The notes: a model not told the origin generated them from the sequence alone. A stretch of 64,000 nt of DNA from Candidatus Woesebacteria bacterium UBA5941 (GCA_002430735.1 DJCV01000010.1:7705-71704), one strand, 5' to 3'. Positions 38,803 through 48,585 are shown, counted from the first letter of the stretch. Numbers and translations are program-made.

Positions 38803-38970
38803 ATTCTTGTACGCTACTATCTGGACTAACCAACCAAGAGAGTACAAAATCGAATTACTTTACGTTACAAGTTAAAGCGGCTAGATTCGTCTAGCAAGCG
38901 AAGTGGAACCACGGATAACACCGTCTTCGCAAAAACATTTTTTAAGTGTTTTTGTTAAGGCGGTTTTTTT
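38803..38970 (+). ncRNA. Candidate T-box riboswitch leader of thrS
   Basis: Antiterminator: A1 GCGAAG (38898-903), 7-nt bulge UGGAACC (38904-10), A2 ACGG, loop AUAACA, CCGU, A1' CUUCGC (38925-30). GUGGAACCACGG matches the T-box consensus GUGGNACCGCGG with one mismatch. The competing terminator is ACCGUCUU...AAGGCGGU (38957-64) plus a U-run. Upstream stem UUGUAC/GUACAA encloses ACC (Thr) codons and an AGAGAG stretch. Confidence 0.55.
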
Positions 38971-38982
38971 ATTTTTACATAT

Positions 38983-40743
38983 ATGGACAAACAAGACCTA
39001 CAGTATTTAGACAATCTGAGACATTCAGCAGCACATTTGTTAGCTGCAGCAGTCATGGAGCTATACCCTCATGCCAAACGAACAATTGGACCTTCAATTG
39101 AGAACGGATTTTATTTTGACTTTGATTTTGGTGACACGAAGGTTTCTGAGGATGACCTGATCCGAATTGAGGAGAAAATGAGAGAAATTATTAAAACCTG
39201 GACTGGATTTGAACGGTATGAATTATCAGCGGATGACGCTAAAAAAGAATATCCAGATAATAGCTATAAACACGAATTAATTGACGAATTTTCTGGAAAA
39301 GGAGAAACGCTCACATTCTACAAGTCAGGTGAATACTGGGATCTATGCCGTGGAGGACACGTTGAGCATCCAAATCGCGAACTGAAACATTTTAAATTAA
39401 TGTCTATTGCAGGAGCATATTGGAGAGGAGACGAGAACAATAAAATGTTAACTCGTATTTATGGAACCGCATTTCCAACAAAGGATGAATTAATGAAGCA
39501 CCTTCATATGCTTGAAGAAGCAAAGAAACGTGATCACAGAAAATTAGGTCGTGAGATGGATTTATTTACGTTCTCAGAACACGTTGGAGGAGGATTACCG
39601 CTATATACCCCAAAAGGTGCCCTTGTTCGACGGCTCTTAACTGATTTCATTGAAGAAGAGCAGGTGAAGCTTGGATATACCCAAGTGTGGACTCCACAGA
39701 TTGCAAAAGCCTCCCTTTTTAAACTGTCTGGTCACTATGACAAGTATAAAGACGACATGTTCCGTGTTGTCTCAAACTATTCCGATGAAGAATATTTCTT
39801 GAAACCAATGAATTGCCCGCAGCACACACAGATTTATGCTTCTCGTGCGCGAAGTTACCGAGATTTACCACTTCGGTATTCAGATTTTGCAATGTTATAT
39901 CGGGATGAGCGACCAGGAGAATTAAACGGACTAGCACGCGTCAGGTCCTTTTCAACGGATGACTGTCACATCTTCTGCCGTGAGGATCAGGTTGACGCCG
40001 AAATTGACAAAGCGCTGCAAATGACCAAGCACGTAATGGAAATATTTGGATTCAAATATCGGTACCGCCTGTCTACCCGAGACCCGCAAAACAAGGAAAA
40101 ATACTTAGGTGATCCAGCAACGTGGGATAAAGTTGAAGCATGGGCGGTTGAGATTATGAAGAGAAATGAGATCCCATACTATGATGGGCCGGGAGAGGCC
40201 GCATTCTACGCTCCTAAGATGGATTTAATGGCTACAGACGCATTAGGGCGTGAGTGGCAACTTTCAACAGTCCAGATTGACTACGTACAGCCAGAACGCT
40301 TTGGATTATCATACACCGATTCAGATGGAACGGATAAAACTCCCGTTATGCTGCATCGCGCAGTACTTGGCTCGGCAGAGCGAGCAATGATGATCCTTCT
40401 TGAGCATTTTGAAGGACGACTTCCAGTTTGGCTCGCACCTATTCAAGTAAAGGTACTTCCAATTTCTGACAAACACATTGAATATGCAGAAAAAGTAGTA
40501 AGTACGCTCAAAACCGGAGGCATTCGGGCTGAAGTAGATAGCCGCAGCGAAACGCTTAACGCAAAAATTCGGGATGGGGAGATGGAGAAGACCCCATATT
40601 TGCTCGTGGTCGGCGATCGCGAGCAACAAGAAGGAACAGTCGCCCCACGTGCTCGTGGTAAAGGGAACCAACCTGCGGTACAATTAGAAAACTTCCTCGC
40701 TCATATTCATGAGCTAGTGACCCAAAAGTCACTTGAGGTTTGA
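38983..40743 (+). CDS. thrS: Threonyl-tRNA synthetase, short form without the N-terminal TGS/editing extension
   Basis: YLDNLRHSAAHLLAAAVMELYPHAKRTIGPSIENGFYFDFD, class II motifs and a C-terminal anticodon-binding domain. Confidence 0.95.
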   Translation: MDKQDLQYLDNLRHSAAHLLAAAVMELYPHAKRTIGPSIENGFYFDFDFGDTKVSEDDLIRIEEKMREIIKTWTGFERYELSADDAKKEYPDNSYKHELIDEFSGKGETLTFYKSGEYWDLCRGGHVEHPNRELKHFKLMSIAGAYWRGDENNKMLTRIYGTAFPTKDELMKHLHMLEEAKKRDHRKLGREMDLFTFSEHVGGGLPLYTPKGALVRRLLTDFIEEEQVKLGYTQVWTPQIAKASLFKLSGHYDKYKDDMFRVVSNYSDEEYFLKPMNCPQHTQIYASRARSYRDLPLRYSDFAMLYRDERPGELNGLARVRSFSTDDCHIFCREDQVDAEIDKALQMTKHVMEIFGFKYRYRLSTRDPQNKEKYLGDPATWDKVEAWAVEIMKRNEIPYYDGPGEAAFYAPKMDLMATDALGREWQLSTVQIDYVQPERFGLSYTDSDGTDKTPVMLHRAVLGSAERAMMILLEHFEGRLPVWLAPIQVKVLPISDKHIEYAEKVVSTLKTGGIRAEVDSRSETLNAKIRDGEMEKTPYLLVVGDREQQEGTVAPRARGKGNQPAVQLENFLAHIHELVTQKSLEV

Positions 40744-40785
40744 TAAATTGAAATTTATTCCATAAACTGATATCATAATCTGCCT

Positions 40786-41361
40786 TTGAACAAGTTATCC
40801 GTCCGAGTCAACCAAGAAATCCGCGCACCAGAAGTGCGTGTTTTATCTGAAGAAGGAAAACAAGTTGGTGTTATGAAGCTTGGGGAAGCACTTTCCCACG
40901 CCAAGAACCTAGGAGTCGACCTCATCGAGATCGTTCCTAACGCAGTGCCACCAGTTGTAAAAGCTATTGATATCGGTAAATATCGATACCAAGAAGAGAA
41001 GAAAGCTCGGGAATTAGCGAAAAAGAACAAAGGGTCTGAAGTAAAAGAGATTCGCTTTACGCCTTTTATTGGAGATGCAGATTTTGAAACCAGAATCCGT
41101 AGAATTGAGGAATTCTTAGGAGAAAGCAACAAAATTCGCATTGTAGTTGTATTTTCCAATAAGCAGCTTGGAGCGAAAGAACATGGGTATAAGGTATTAC
41201 AGCGAATTCTTACAAAGTTTGAAGGACGCGTAGTATTAGACATGGATGCTAAATTCTTTGGAAGACATTTAGCAATGGTTATCTCACCATATAAAAAAGG
41301 GAGCAAAAAAACAGAAGAATCTAAAAATGCCGAAAGCAAAAACGAACAAATCAATAACTAA
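40786..41361 (+). CDS. infC: Translation initiation factor IF-3, non-ATG (TTG or other) start, with a Lys/Ser-rich C-terminal tail
   Basis: INQEIRAPEVRVLSEEGKQVGVM, EIRFTPFIGDADFETRIRRIEEFL. The start position is approximate. Confidence 0.85.
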   Translation: MNKLSVRVNQEIRAPEVRVLSEEGKQVGVMKLGEALSHAKNLGVDLIEIVPNAVPPVVKAIDIGKYRYQEEKKARELAKKNKGSEVKEIRFTPFIGDADFETRIRRIEEFLGESNKIRIVVVFSNKQLGAKEHGYKVLQRILTKFEGRVVLDMDAKFFGRHLAMVISPYKKGSKKTEESKNAESKNEQINN

Positions 41362-41527
41362 GCGCTTTAGAGTTACCAAGAACGGAATCGTTCTTCGTGG
41401 ACAAAGCTTTACCAGCCACTTAAAAGTGCGCAAAAGCAGCAAGCACAAGCGAAGTTTGTCTGGAACGGTTTCAGTTCATAAGACATACGCGAAGAAAATT
41501 AAAAAGGCGTTAGGATTAAGACCATAA
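41327..41527 (+). CDS. rpmI: 50S ribosomal protein L35
   Basis: MPKAKTNKSITKRFRVTKNG... Overlaps the infC tail by 35 nt in another frame. Confidence 0.85.
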   Translation: MPKAKTNKSITKRFRVTKNGIVLRGQSFTSHLKVRKSSKHKRSLSGTVSVHKTYAKKIKKALGLRP

Positions 41528-41537
41528 ACATACACCT

Positions 41538-41876
41538 ATGCGAGTAAAATCAATTGCAAGCCGAAAACACAAAAAGATCCGACAAGCGACTAAGGGATTC
41601 AGAAATGCAGCCCGTCGTCGTATTAATGCTGGAAAGCAAGCTATTATGCATGCTGGACAATACGCATATGTTGGACGAAGACTTCGAAAACGAGATATGC
41701 GTTCCCTTTGGATCGTTCGACTTTCCGCAGCTGCAAAAGCTGAAGGAACAAGCTACAGCGTATTAATCAATAAATTGAAGAAAGCGAATATCGAAATTGA
41801 TCGAAAGATTTTAAGTGACATTGCAATTAAAGACTATAACACCTTCAAGAAGATCGTTTCAGATCTCTCCAACTAA
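41538..41876 (+). CDS. rplT: 50S ribosomal protein L20
   Basis: MRVKSIASRKHKKIRQATKGFRNAARRRI...YVGRRLRKRDMRSLWIVRLSAAA. Confidence 0.95.
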   Translation: MRVKSIASRKHKKIRQATKGFRNAARRRINAGKQAIMHAGQYAYVGRRLRKRDMRSLWIVRLSAAAKAEGTSYSVLINKLKKANIEIDRKILSDIAIKDYNTFKKIVSDLSN

Positions 41877-41946
41877 CCCATAGTTGATTTCAGTCTCTTT
41901 TTAACCTAAAATTCTCCTAATCGTTTAATTCTGTGAGGAGAATACC

Positions 41947-42585
41947 GTGAGTATTAAACAAACGGTCGAAAACCTTGTCCTGCTGGGAGCAACAGAAGCA
42001 GAAATCGCTCGCGCATTACGGGATACTGGAGCCGATATTTACGATGTCGCGCAAGAGATGAATCGGTTCCATGGAAAAGTCAGAGTATCCGATGAAGGCG
42101 GGGTGCTAAAGCTAATAATTGACGTTGCAAACACATCACGTGCTGAAGGTGGCGACATTGTTGTCTGGAAAGTACCTGAAACATATAAAGGGATTTCACA
42201 ACCGCTGTCGATTTATGCCGTTCGGTACGAGGTGGCAATTGGCGGAATGGAAGTCGCCACGTCTTTTTTCAAATGGCTTGGCTTTACCGAAGTTCTTGAA
42301 CTCAGACGAGACTATGAAGGAGCGCTATCAAGAGTATTTGAGACAAGTACTCTCTCATTAGTTTTGTTTGAGTCACAAAGGATCTCAAGTCCATCGGTGG
42401 GAGAATCAATGCTAATTTTCAATGCGAGCGGGATTATCGATTCATTTGTTGATTTCAAAATTGATCTCACCGAATGGACGAAACGACATAATGTTCGTAT
42501 CAACGAAACGGTCGTAGAGGGAAACCGTATGTCGGTAACAATTGGCTCAATCTTTCTCTTTAAGATCGCCTTTGTTAAAGGGTAA
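41947..42585 (+). CDS. Hypothetical protein with an N-terminal UBA-like helix bundle and a possible glyoxalase-like C-terminal domain
   Basis: ENLVLLGATEAEIARALRDTGADIYDV is UBA-like. The rest is unassigned. Confidence 0.45.
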   Translation: MSIKQTVENLVLLGATEAEIARALRDTGADIYDVAQEMNRFHGKVRVSDEGGVLKLIIDVANTSRAEGGDIVVWKVPETYKGISQPLSIYAVRYEVAIGGMEVATSFFKWLGFTEVLELRRDYEGALSRVFETSTLSLVLFESQRISSPSVGESMLIFNASGIIDSFVDFKIDLTEWTKRHNVRINETVVEGNRMSVTIGSIFLFKIAFVKG

Positions 42586-42608
42586 CACCGAGTCTTTCTC
42601 AAATATTA

Positions 42609-42634
42609 AAAACCCTCATTGCGAGGGTTTTTCT
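42609..42634 (+). terminator. Intrinsic terminator
   Basis: aaccctc-attgc-gagggtt followed by TTTCTTTT. Confidence 0.6.
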
Positions 42635-42663
42635 TTTGGCCTAAGGCGCGATACAATAGCCAT

Positions 42664-43689
42664 ATGCAAGAAGATGTGTCCAAGTTACGAAATGAGTTTA
42701 TTTCTCGTGCGCTTTCCACAGAAAACAAAGAGGAATTAGAAGCACTCCGTATTGAATTCTTAGGAAAAAATGGAAGATTCACAGCGCTTTTAAAACAGCT
42801 AAAAGACATTGACCCCTCTGAGCGAAAGCATGTAGGAGAACTACTAAACGAAACAAAAAAAGTGTTGGAAGATACACTCTCTGGACAGCAGAGAGAAAAT
42901 GAACAAAGAGGTGAGAGAGGATTTGATGAAACAATTCCTGGAATTAAACCGCCAATTGGACACATTCATTTAATCTCAAAAGCGATCGATGAAATTTCAG
43001 CTGTCTTTGAAAATATTGGCTTCGTACGACGCAGATATCCTGAGGTTGAGTGGGACTGGTTTGCGTTTGAATCATTAAACTTCACAAAACTACATCCGGC
43101 TCGCGATAACTGGGAAACATTTTTCGTGGATACTCCAGCGGATCCCAAACTTGGACCAATGCTTCTCACACCACACACCTCATCTGGACAAGCCCGTGAG
43201 ATGCTTGAGAAGGTAACACTGCCTATTCGAATGATTAACATTTCAAAGTGCTACAGAAGGCAATCTGATGCATCTCACTTAACCATGCTTCATCAATTTG
43301 AGGGCTTAGTTATTGATACCAATATTAATTTTGTGCACTTGAAAGGGACTATTGATTACTTTATGAATTCATTCTTTGGACCAAATCGAAAAAGTAGATT
43401 GAGACCATATAATTTCCCGTTCACAGAACCTTCGTTTGAACTCGATATTAGTTGTGACATTTGTGGAGGAAAAGGATGCAAGTTGTGCAAGCAAGGGTGG
43501 CTTGAATTAGGTGGAGCTGGAATGGTGCATCCTAATGTTTTAAAAGCTGGAAATATTGATGCAAAGAAGTATCGAGGATTTGCATTCGGATGGGGAGTTG
43601 AGCGAGCGTATATGATGAAATCTGGATTACGAGTACCTGACATTCGAATGTTAAATTCAACTGATTTACGATTCCTTACTCAATTTTAA
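42664..43689 (+). CDS. pheS: Phenylalanyl-tRNA synthetase alpha subunit
   Basis: GWLELGGAGMVHPNVL, GFAFGWGVERAYMM. I prefer the ATG at 42664; the ORF-track start at 42619 overlaps the terminator. Confidence 0.95.
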   Translation: MQEDVSKLRNEFISRALSTENKEELEALRIEFLGKNGRFTALLKQLKDIDPSERKHVGELLNETKKVLEDTLSGQQRENEQRGERGFDETIPGIKPPIGHIHLISKAIDEISAVFENIGFVRRRYPEVEWDWFAFESLNFTKLHPARDNWETFFVDTPADPKLGPMLLTPHTSSGQAREMLEKVTLPIRMINISKCYRRQSDASHLTMLHQFEGLVIDTNINFVHLKGTIDYFMNSFFGPNRKSRLRPYNFPFTEPSFELDISCDICGGKGCKLCKQGWLELGGAGMVHPNVLKAGNIDAKKYRGFAFGWGVERAYMMKSGLRVPDIRMLNSTDLRFLTQF

Positions 43690-43691
43690 AT

Positions 43692-45560
43692 ATGGATGTA
43701 TTAATAACCGATTCAATGCTTCGTGAGTTTTTAGACACTAAAGCAAGTGTCGCAAAAATTGCAGAATGTATGTCTCTCTGCGGACCATCAATTGAACGGG
43801 TCACAAAGGAAGGAAAAGAAACGGTTTATCACGTTGAAGTGACAACAAACCGAGTTGATGCAGCAAGTAGCTACGGCTTAGCACGAGAAGCAAGTGCTAT
43901 TCTTCCTGAATTTAAAATTCCAGCAAAATTAAAGACTATTCCCCAGGCGAAGGTTTCTTCAAAGACGGCCTTTCCAGTTGAAATTGTTATAGATAAAACA
44001 GTATGCGAACGATTCATGGCTATTAAACTTGAGAATGTTGATTTAGCAGCTTCACCGGATTTCATGCAATCTCAACTGAATGCAATTGGACAAAGACCAA
44101 TTAACAACGCAATCGATATTACCAATTACGCTATGTTTATGACTGGTACCCCAATGCACGCATTTGATTACGATAAACTCGTAACTCAAAAAATTGTGGT
44201 GAGAATTGCCAAAAAAGGGGAATCGTTTACGACCCTTGATAACAACACCCATGCAGCACACGGGAATGAAATTGTTTTCGATGACGGAAACGGCACGATC
44301 ATAGATATTCCAGGTGTCATGGGGTGTGCAAATACAGCGGTCTCTGCAACTACAAAAACAATTTTATTAGTCAGTGAACACATGGACCCATTGAAAATTC
44401 GAGAGACTTCTCTAAAACACGAAATTCGCACCTATGCTGCAAATTTAAATGAGAAAAATCTTGATCCACATATGATGGAGAGTGGCCTTTTATACGCTGT
44501 TGGTCTTTTTGAAAAACATGCAAAAGCAACTATTGGAAGTACGCTTTTTGATTGGTATCCAAACCCAGAAGACAAAAAAATTATCACAGTAACAAAAGAT
44601 GCGATCGATGCAATTTTAGGAATCCAAATTTCTGATACAGAAATGATTCGGATACTTGAAACACTCGGTTTTTCTTTAAAACAAAAAGGTAACACCTTTA
44701 CGATCACTGTTCCCACGTTTAGAAATAACGACGTCGAAATACCAGAAGACATCGCAGAGGAGATAGCACGTGTGTACGGGTACTTTAGGTTTCCAAACGA
44801 ACTGATGGAAGGACGTTTGACTAAAGAGTCACAAAATCCACAATTCGCTTTCGAGAACCAGATAAAAACGCTTCTCTCAGGGTGGGGAGGAGTTGAGGTG
44901 TATACAGAGTCATTAGTTGGCAAAGATATGGTGAATGAGAATGCGCTGCGCCTAAAAAACCCATTGGGAGGAGACAGAGAATATTTAAGAACTGATCTTG
45001 TGTCGTCACTGTTTGATGCAGCACGCGTGAATAAACATGAAAAAAGGCCATTTCATTTATTTGAATTAGCTCATGTCTATTTACCACAGCCAAAGAAACT
45101 TCCAAAAGAAGAAATGCGCTTAGCAGGTATTTTTGTGAATACTGATTACCGACACGCAAAAGGCGTATTGGAGGCACTGTTTGAAGTGTTGCATATTACA
45201 AAAATACAGCCTGTTCTTCAAAAGAAAAAGAACTATTTCTTCTATGAATTTACGATAGAAGAATTGTACAAAAACTACTCACCACATGCGGTGTTCACTG
45301 AAATTCCTATTGTCCCTCCTCAAATTGAAGATATTACTGTAATTCTGCCAGAAGATATGAAAGTCGGTGCAGTTATTGAAACGATTAAAGAATCGTCACC
45401 CGTCATTCGATCAGTTGAACTTACTGTTATTTTCGAAGATGCGTATACGTTTAGAATTACCTATCTCGATCCCGAAAAGACATTGACGGACAAGGATGTT
45501 GAGATTATCCGAGATGGGGTACATGCTCGATTACAGAAACTTCCGGTTACGATCAAGTAA
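43692..45560 (+). CDS. pheT: Phenylalanyl-tRNA synthetase beta subunit, truncated form lacking the N-terminal tRNA-binding domain
   Basis: B3/4 and B5 domains plus a C-terminal catalytic-like domain. The start lies 3 nt after the pheS stop. Confidence 0.9.
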   Translation: MDVLITDSMLREFLDTKASVAKIAECMSLCGPSIERVTKEGKETVYHVEVTTNRVDAASSYGLAREASAILPEFKIPAKLKTIPQAKVSSKTAFPVEIVIDKTVCERFMAIKLENVDLAASPDFMQSQLNAIGQRPINNAIDITNYAMFMTGTPMHAFDYDKLVTQKIVVRIAKKGESFTTLDNNTHAAHGNEIVFDDGNGTIIDIPGVMGCANTAVSATTKTILLVSEHMDPLKIRETSLKHEIRTYAANLNEKNLDPHMMESGLLYAVGLFEKHAKATIGSTLFDWYPNPEDKKIITVTKDAIDAILGIQISDTEMIRILETLGFSLKQKGNTFTITVPTFRNNDVEIPEDIAEEIARVYGYFRFPNELMEGRLTKESQNPQFAFENQIKTLLSGWGGVEVYTESLVGKDMVNENALRLKNPLGGDREYLRTDLVSSLFDAARVNKHEKRPFHLFELAHVYLPQPKKLPKEEMRLAGIFVNTDYRHAKGVLEALFEVLHITKIQPVLQKKKNYFFYEFTIEELYKNYSPHAVFTEIPIVPPQIEDITVILPEDMKVGAVIETIKESSPVIRSVELTVIFEDAYTFRITYLDPEKTLTDKDVEIIRDGVHARLQKLPVTIK

Positions 45561-45618
45561 TTGCTTCAGGAAATGTGATACTATTCCTCATTGTTCGCGA
45601 TACAAATAGGAGTGTCTG

Positions 45619-45960
45619 ATGAAGGTTGAAGAAATACCAGTCACGACGTTTATTGCGCAACTTAAAAATAAGCGTGACGAAATCGGTGGTATGTATGTTC
45701 CAAACCCACCAATCATTGGTGGACATCTGGTTACTGTTTTTATGAAGTTAGTACGTGATGATCAGATTCAGGTTCATATCCTGTTTACACATCACCGGGT
45801 GGATATATTAGGAACACTTTCCATCACCATTCCAGCAATTAATGTTTTAAATGCACTGGGTGCGGCACTCAGTCGGCAAGTTCCGGTATTGTTACCGCCA
45901 CGAACGCCATGGGACGAAGTCTCAGAGGCAATGGTTTCACTCACCAGGATCCTAAAGTAA
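45619..45960 (+). CDS. Hypothetical protein (113 aa)
   Basis: ORF only. Confidence 0.45.
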   Translation: MKVEEIPVTTFIAQLKNKRDEIGGMYVPNPPIIGGHLVTVFMKLVRDDQIQVHILFTHHRVDILGTLSITIPAINVLNALGAALSRQVPVLLPPRTPWDEVSEAMVSLTRILK

Positions 45961-45984
45961 CAAACGATAGGAATGGGTGGGATA

Positions 45985-46016
45985 GGGGCAAATGGTTAAC
46001 CATAGGCCCCTTTTTT
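45985..46016. terminator. Bidirectional intrinsic terminator between convergent genes
   Basis: ggggc-aaatggttaaccatag-gcccc followed by TTTTTT, with an inner atggttaaccat palindrome. Confidence 0.6.
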
Positions 46017-46025
46017 ATTGGTTAC

Positions 46026-48581
46026 TTATTCCCAATTTGATTCGACGCCTACCGTTACTATTCGTTCAGAAGAACGCCCTTGTGTGTCCTTTGCAGTAGC
46101 TCGCAGCTTATGAGAACCCGTGTCAAGGGAAGCATCGTATTCATACGGGCCGTTCCCATTAAACGTTTTAACGGTGATTCCGTCGATCTCCAATGACGCT
46201 TCAGAAATATCGTTAATTGCATCCGCAACAAACTTTATACGGAATGTTTTTGAGAGATTACTGGTTCTATCCCGAGGTTCGACAAATTCGATGTTAATTG
46301 GCGCGTTGTTTGCACCACTACAATATTCAGTTGGTGGTTTATATTTTCCATTCTCAGGCTGCAATTCGATCCATGCATTAATGCCGGTCTGCCACTTATT
46401 TTCTGCTCCTGCTTGTGCTGTCGGATCTTGTTCTTTTAAGATAATAAATTCTTTCGAATCAAAATTATTTGCTGCAATATCTGAAGGCGTTGCCAATTTA
46501 CCATCGCCTTTACAGAGCTTTAACAAGACGTGCACTGTGTCATCGCCGGGTTCAGTTCCTTTAATGAAGTACTCTTGGCGAGAGGGGAGGTTATCATGTT
46601 CTTTCATACCTGAAATAGTATCGACCTTCATTTGAACAATACCTTCAGGTTGAGGGAAAGTCATTGCAGGCTTGCCTTCCAATGCTGCTTTTATTATTTG
46701 ATTCCAAATAGGGGAAGCACCGCTGACACCTGATGCGACTTGCTTCATTGGGCTATTGTCATTGTTTCCAACCCATACGCCCACAACTACCTGAGGAGTA
46801 CCGCCAACCGTCCAATTGTCACGCTTATCATTTGTTGTTCCCGTTTTCACGGCAACCTGTCGATTTGGAATATTTAAGAGGGAATTTAATCCAAAGGTCT
46901 CTTGTCTTGCTGAATTGTCTGACAAAATATTATTTATTAAAAAGGCTTGCTCTGGTGTGAGAACTGATGGTCCACGTTCTGGCTTCGTTTCTTCAAGCAC
47001 TTTCCCGTCTTTGTCTTCAACACGGAGAATAGAAATTGGCGGCACTTTGTAACCACCATTCATAAACGGACCGTATGCGCTCGTCAAATCGAGTAATCGC
47101 ACCTCACCTCCACCGAGTGAGAGTGACAATCCGACTCGACGAAGGGTTTCATCATTTGCAGGAAGACTGGTAATTCCCATTTCAGTTGCTGTTTGCAATA
47201 CATCTCGTATTCCAACAAGGGCCAGAGACTTCACGGCAGGAACGTTTAAAGAGTTGCCTAATGCATAACGTAATTGCACTGGGCCTCTGTATTTCCCGTC
47301 ATAGCTCACAGGCTCATAGTCAGGTTGTCCTGCGCCTCCTGGGAACTTTGTTGGCACATCCATTAAGAGCGTTGCAGGGGTGTATCCTTTTTTAAATGCA
47401 GTGACGTAGGCAAATGGTTTAAATGAAGACCCTGGCTGCCTGAGTGACATGGTTACGTTTACTTGTCCATCATAATCACTAGCGAGAAAATTCTTGGAAC
47501 CAACCATTGCTAAAATTTCGCCAGTATTTGCGTCAATTACAACAGACGCTCCATTGGTGATATGCACTTTTTCGACTTTGGCAATTTCATCAGCAATGAT
47601 TTTTTGTGCTTTCTCTTGAAGATCAAGATCAAGCGTTGTAGTTACTTTTAGCCCACCTTGTTCAACCACATTCTCACCATATCGCTCATTTAAAATGTTT
47701 TGGACATACTGGACGAAGTGCGGTGCTTTAAAGTCAGTACCTTTCGCTTGGAATTTGATCTCAGGAAGTTGCGCAAGCGCTTCTTCTTCTTGCGCTGGGG
47801 TGATATATCCATCCTCACGCATTCTTCGCAGAACTGCAGTTGTTCGACCAATATATGCTTTTGGTGTACTCGAATACGGTGAATATGCTGATGGAAGCTG
47901 TGGAAATCCGGCGAGAATTGCACACTCAACGAGATTTAAATCTTTAACACTTTTACCAAAATACGTCTCAGATGCTGATTCAACCCCATAAGCAGTCCCT
48001 CCATAAGGCACTTCATTTAAGTAGAGTGACAGTAACTCATCTTTTGAATATCTTTTTTCAATCTGAAGTGTGAGAACCAATTCTTTTAATTTACGAATCG
48101 GAGTTCTTTCTGGGGACAGCAATACATTCTTAACTAACTGTTGAGATAATGTTGAGCCCCCAATTAACCGCTGTCTCGTTATTAAGTTATATACAATGCG
48201 CAGATATCCCATTGGGTCAAAGCCTTGGTGGTTATAGAAGTTGCGATCTTCAATAGCAATTGTTGCTTGCTTTAGATAGTCAGGGATTTCCTCAAGTGAT
48301 ACTTGAGTTCGCTTTTGATCAACGAAAATGTCATACAGCATTTTTCCGTTACGATCTACAATTTTTGTCGAGAAGCCATCTCGTCTTACGATGTTTTCTG
48401 GGGAAGGGAGGGTGAGTGCCAACACCTGGAAGCCTATGAATGCAAAAATAGCTAGCCCAACAATTCCGAAAAATCCAAACTTCGCCAATCGTGCCGTTTT
48501 TTGAGCCCTGGTTAAGCTGGGATCTCCTAAAACAGATCTTCGAGGCACTCTTCTTCTGGTGCGCAAATTATCTTTCCACAT
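46026..48581 (-). CDS. Class A penicillin-binding protein (bifunctional transglycosylase/transpeptidase, PBP1A-like) with a C-terminal Ig-like extension
   Basis: GT51 motif GGSTLSQQLVKN, transpeptidase motifs SSFKPF, SLN and KTGTT, and an N-terminal TM helix. Confidence 0.9.
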   Translation of the reverse strand: MWKDNLRTRRRVPRRSVLGDPSLTRAQKTARLAKFGFFGIVGLAIFAFIGFQVLALTLPSPENIVRRDGFSTKIVDRNGKMLYDIFVDQKRTQVSLEEIPDYLKQATIAIEDRNFYNHQGFDPMGYLRIVYNLITRQRLIGGSTLSQQLVKNVLLSPERTPIRKLKELVLTLQIEKRYSKDELLSLYLNEVPYGGTAYGVESASETYFGKSVKDLNLVECAILAGFPQLPSAYSPYSSTPKAYIGRTTAVLRRMREDGYITPAQEEEALAQLPEIKFQAKGTDFKAPHFVQYVQNILNERYGENVVEQGGLKVTTTLDLDLQEKAQKIIADEIAKVEKVHITNGASVVIDANTGEILAMVGSKNFLASDYDGQVNVTMSLRQPGSSFKPFAYVTAFKKGYTPATLLMDVPTKFPGGAGQPDYEPVSYDGKYRGPVQLRYALGNSLNVPAVKSLALVGIRDVLQTATEMGITSLPANDETLRRVGLSLSLGGGEVRLLDLTSAYGPFMNGGYKVPPISILRVEDKDGKVLEETKPERGPSVLTPEQAFLINNILSDNSARQETFGLNSLLNIPNRQVAVKTGTTNDKRDNWTVGGTPQVVVGVWVGNNDNSPMKQVASGVSGASPIWNQIIKAALEGKPAMTFPQPEGIVQMKVDTISGMKEHDNLPSRQEYFIKGTEPGDDTVHVLLKLCKGDGKLATPSDIAANNFDSKEFIILKEQDPTAQAGAENKWQTGINAWIELQPENGKYKPPTEYCSGANNAPINIEFVEPRDRTSNLSKTFRIKFVADAINDISEASLEIDGITVKTFNGNGPYEYDASLDTGSHKLRATAKDTQGRSSERIVTVGVESNWE

Positions 48582-48585
48582 GCAG

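Noticed and set aside
42586-42663. T-box-like element upstream of pheS
   Set aside because: The 78-nt interval contains only the terminator of the upstream gene and no T-box-like motif.
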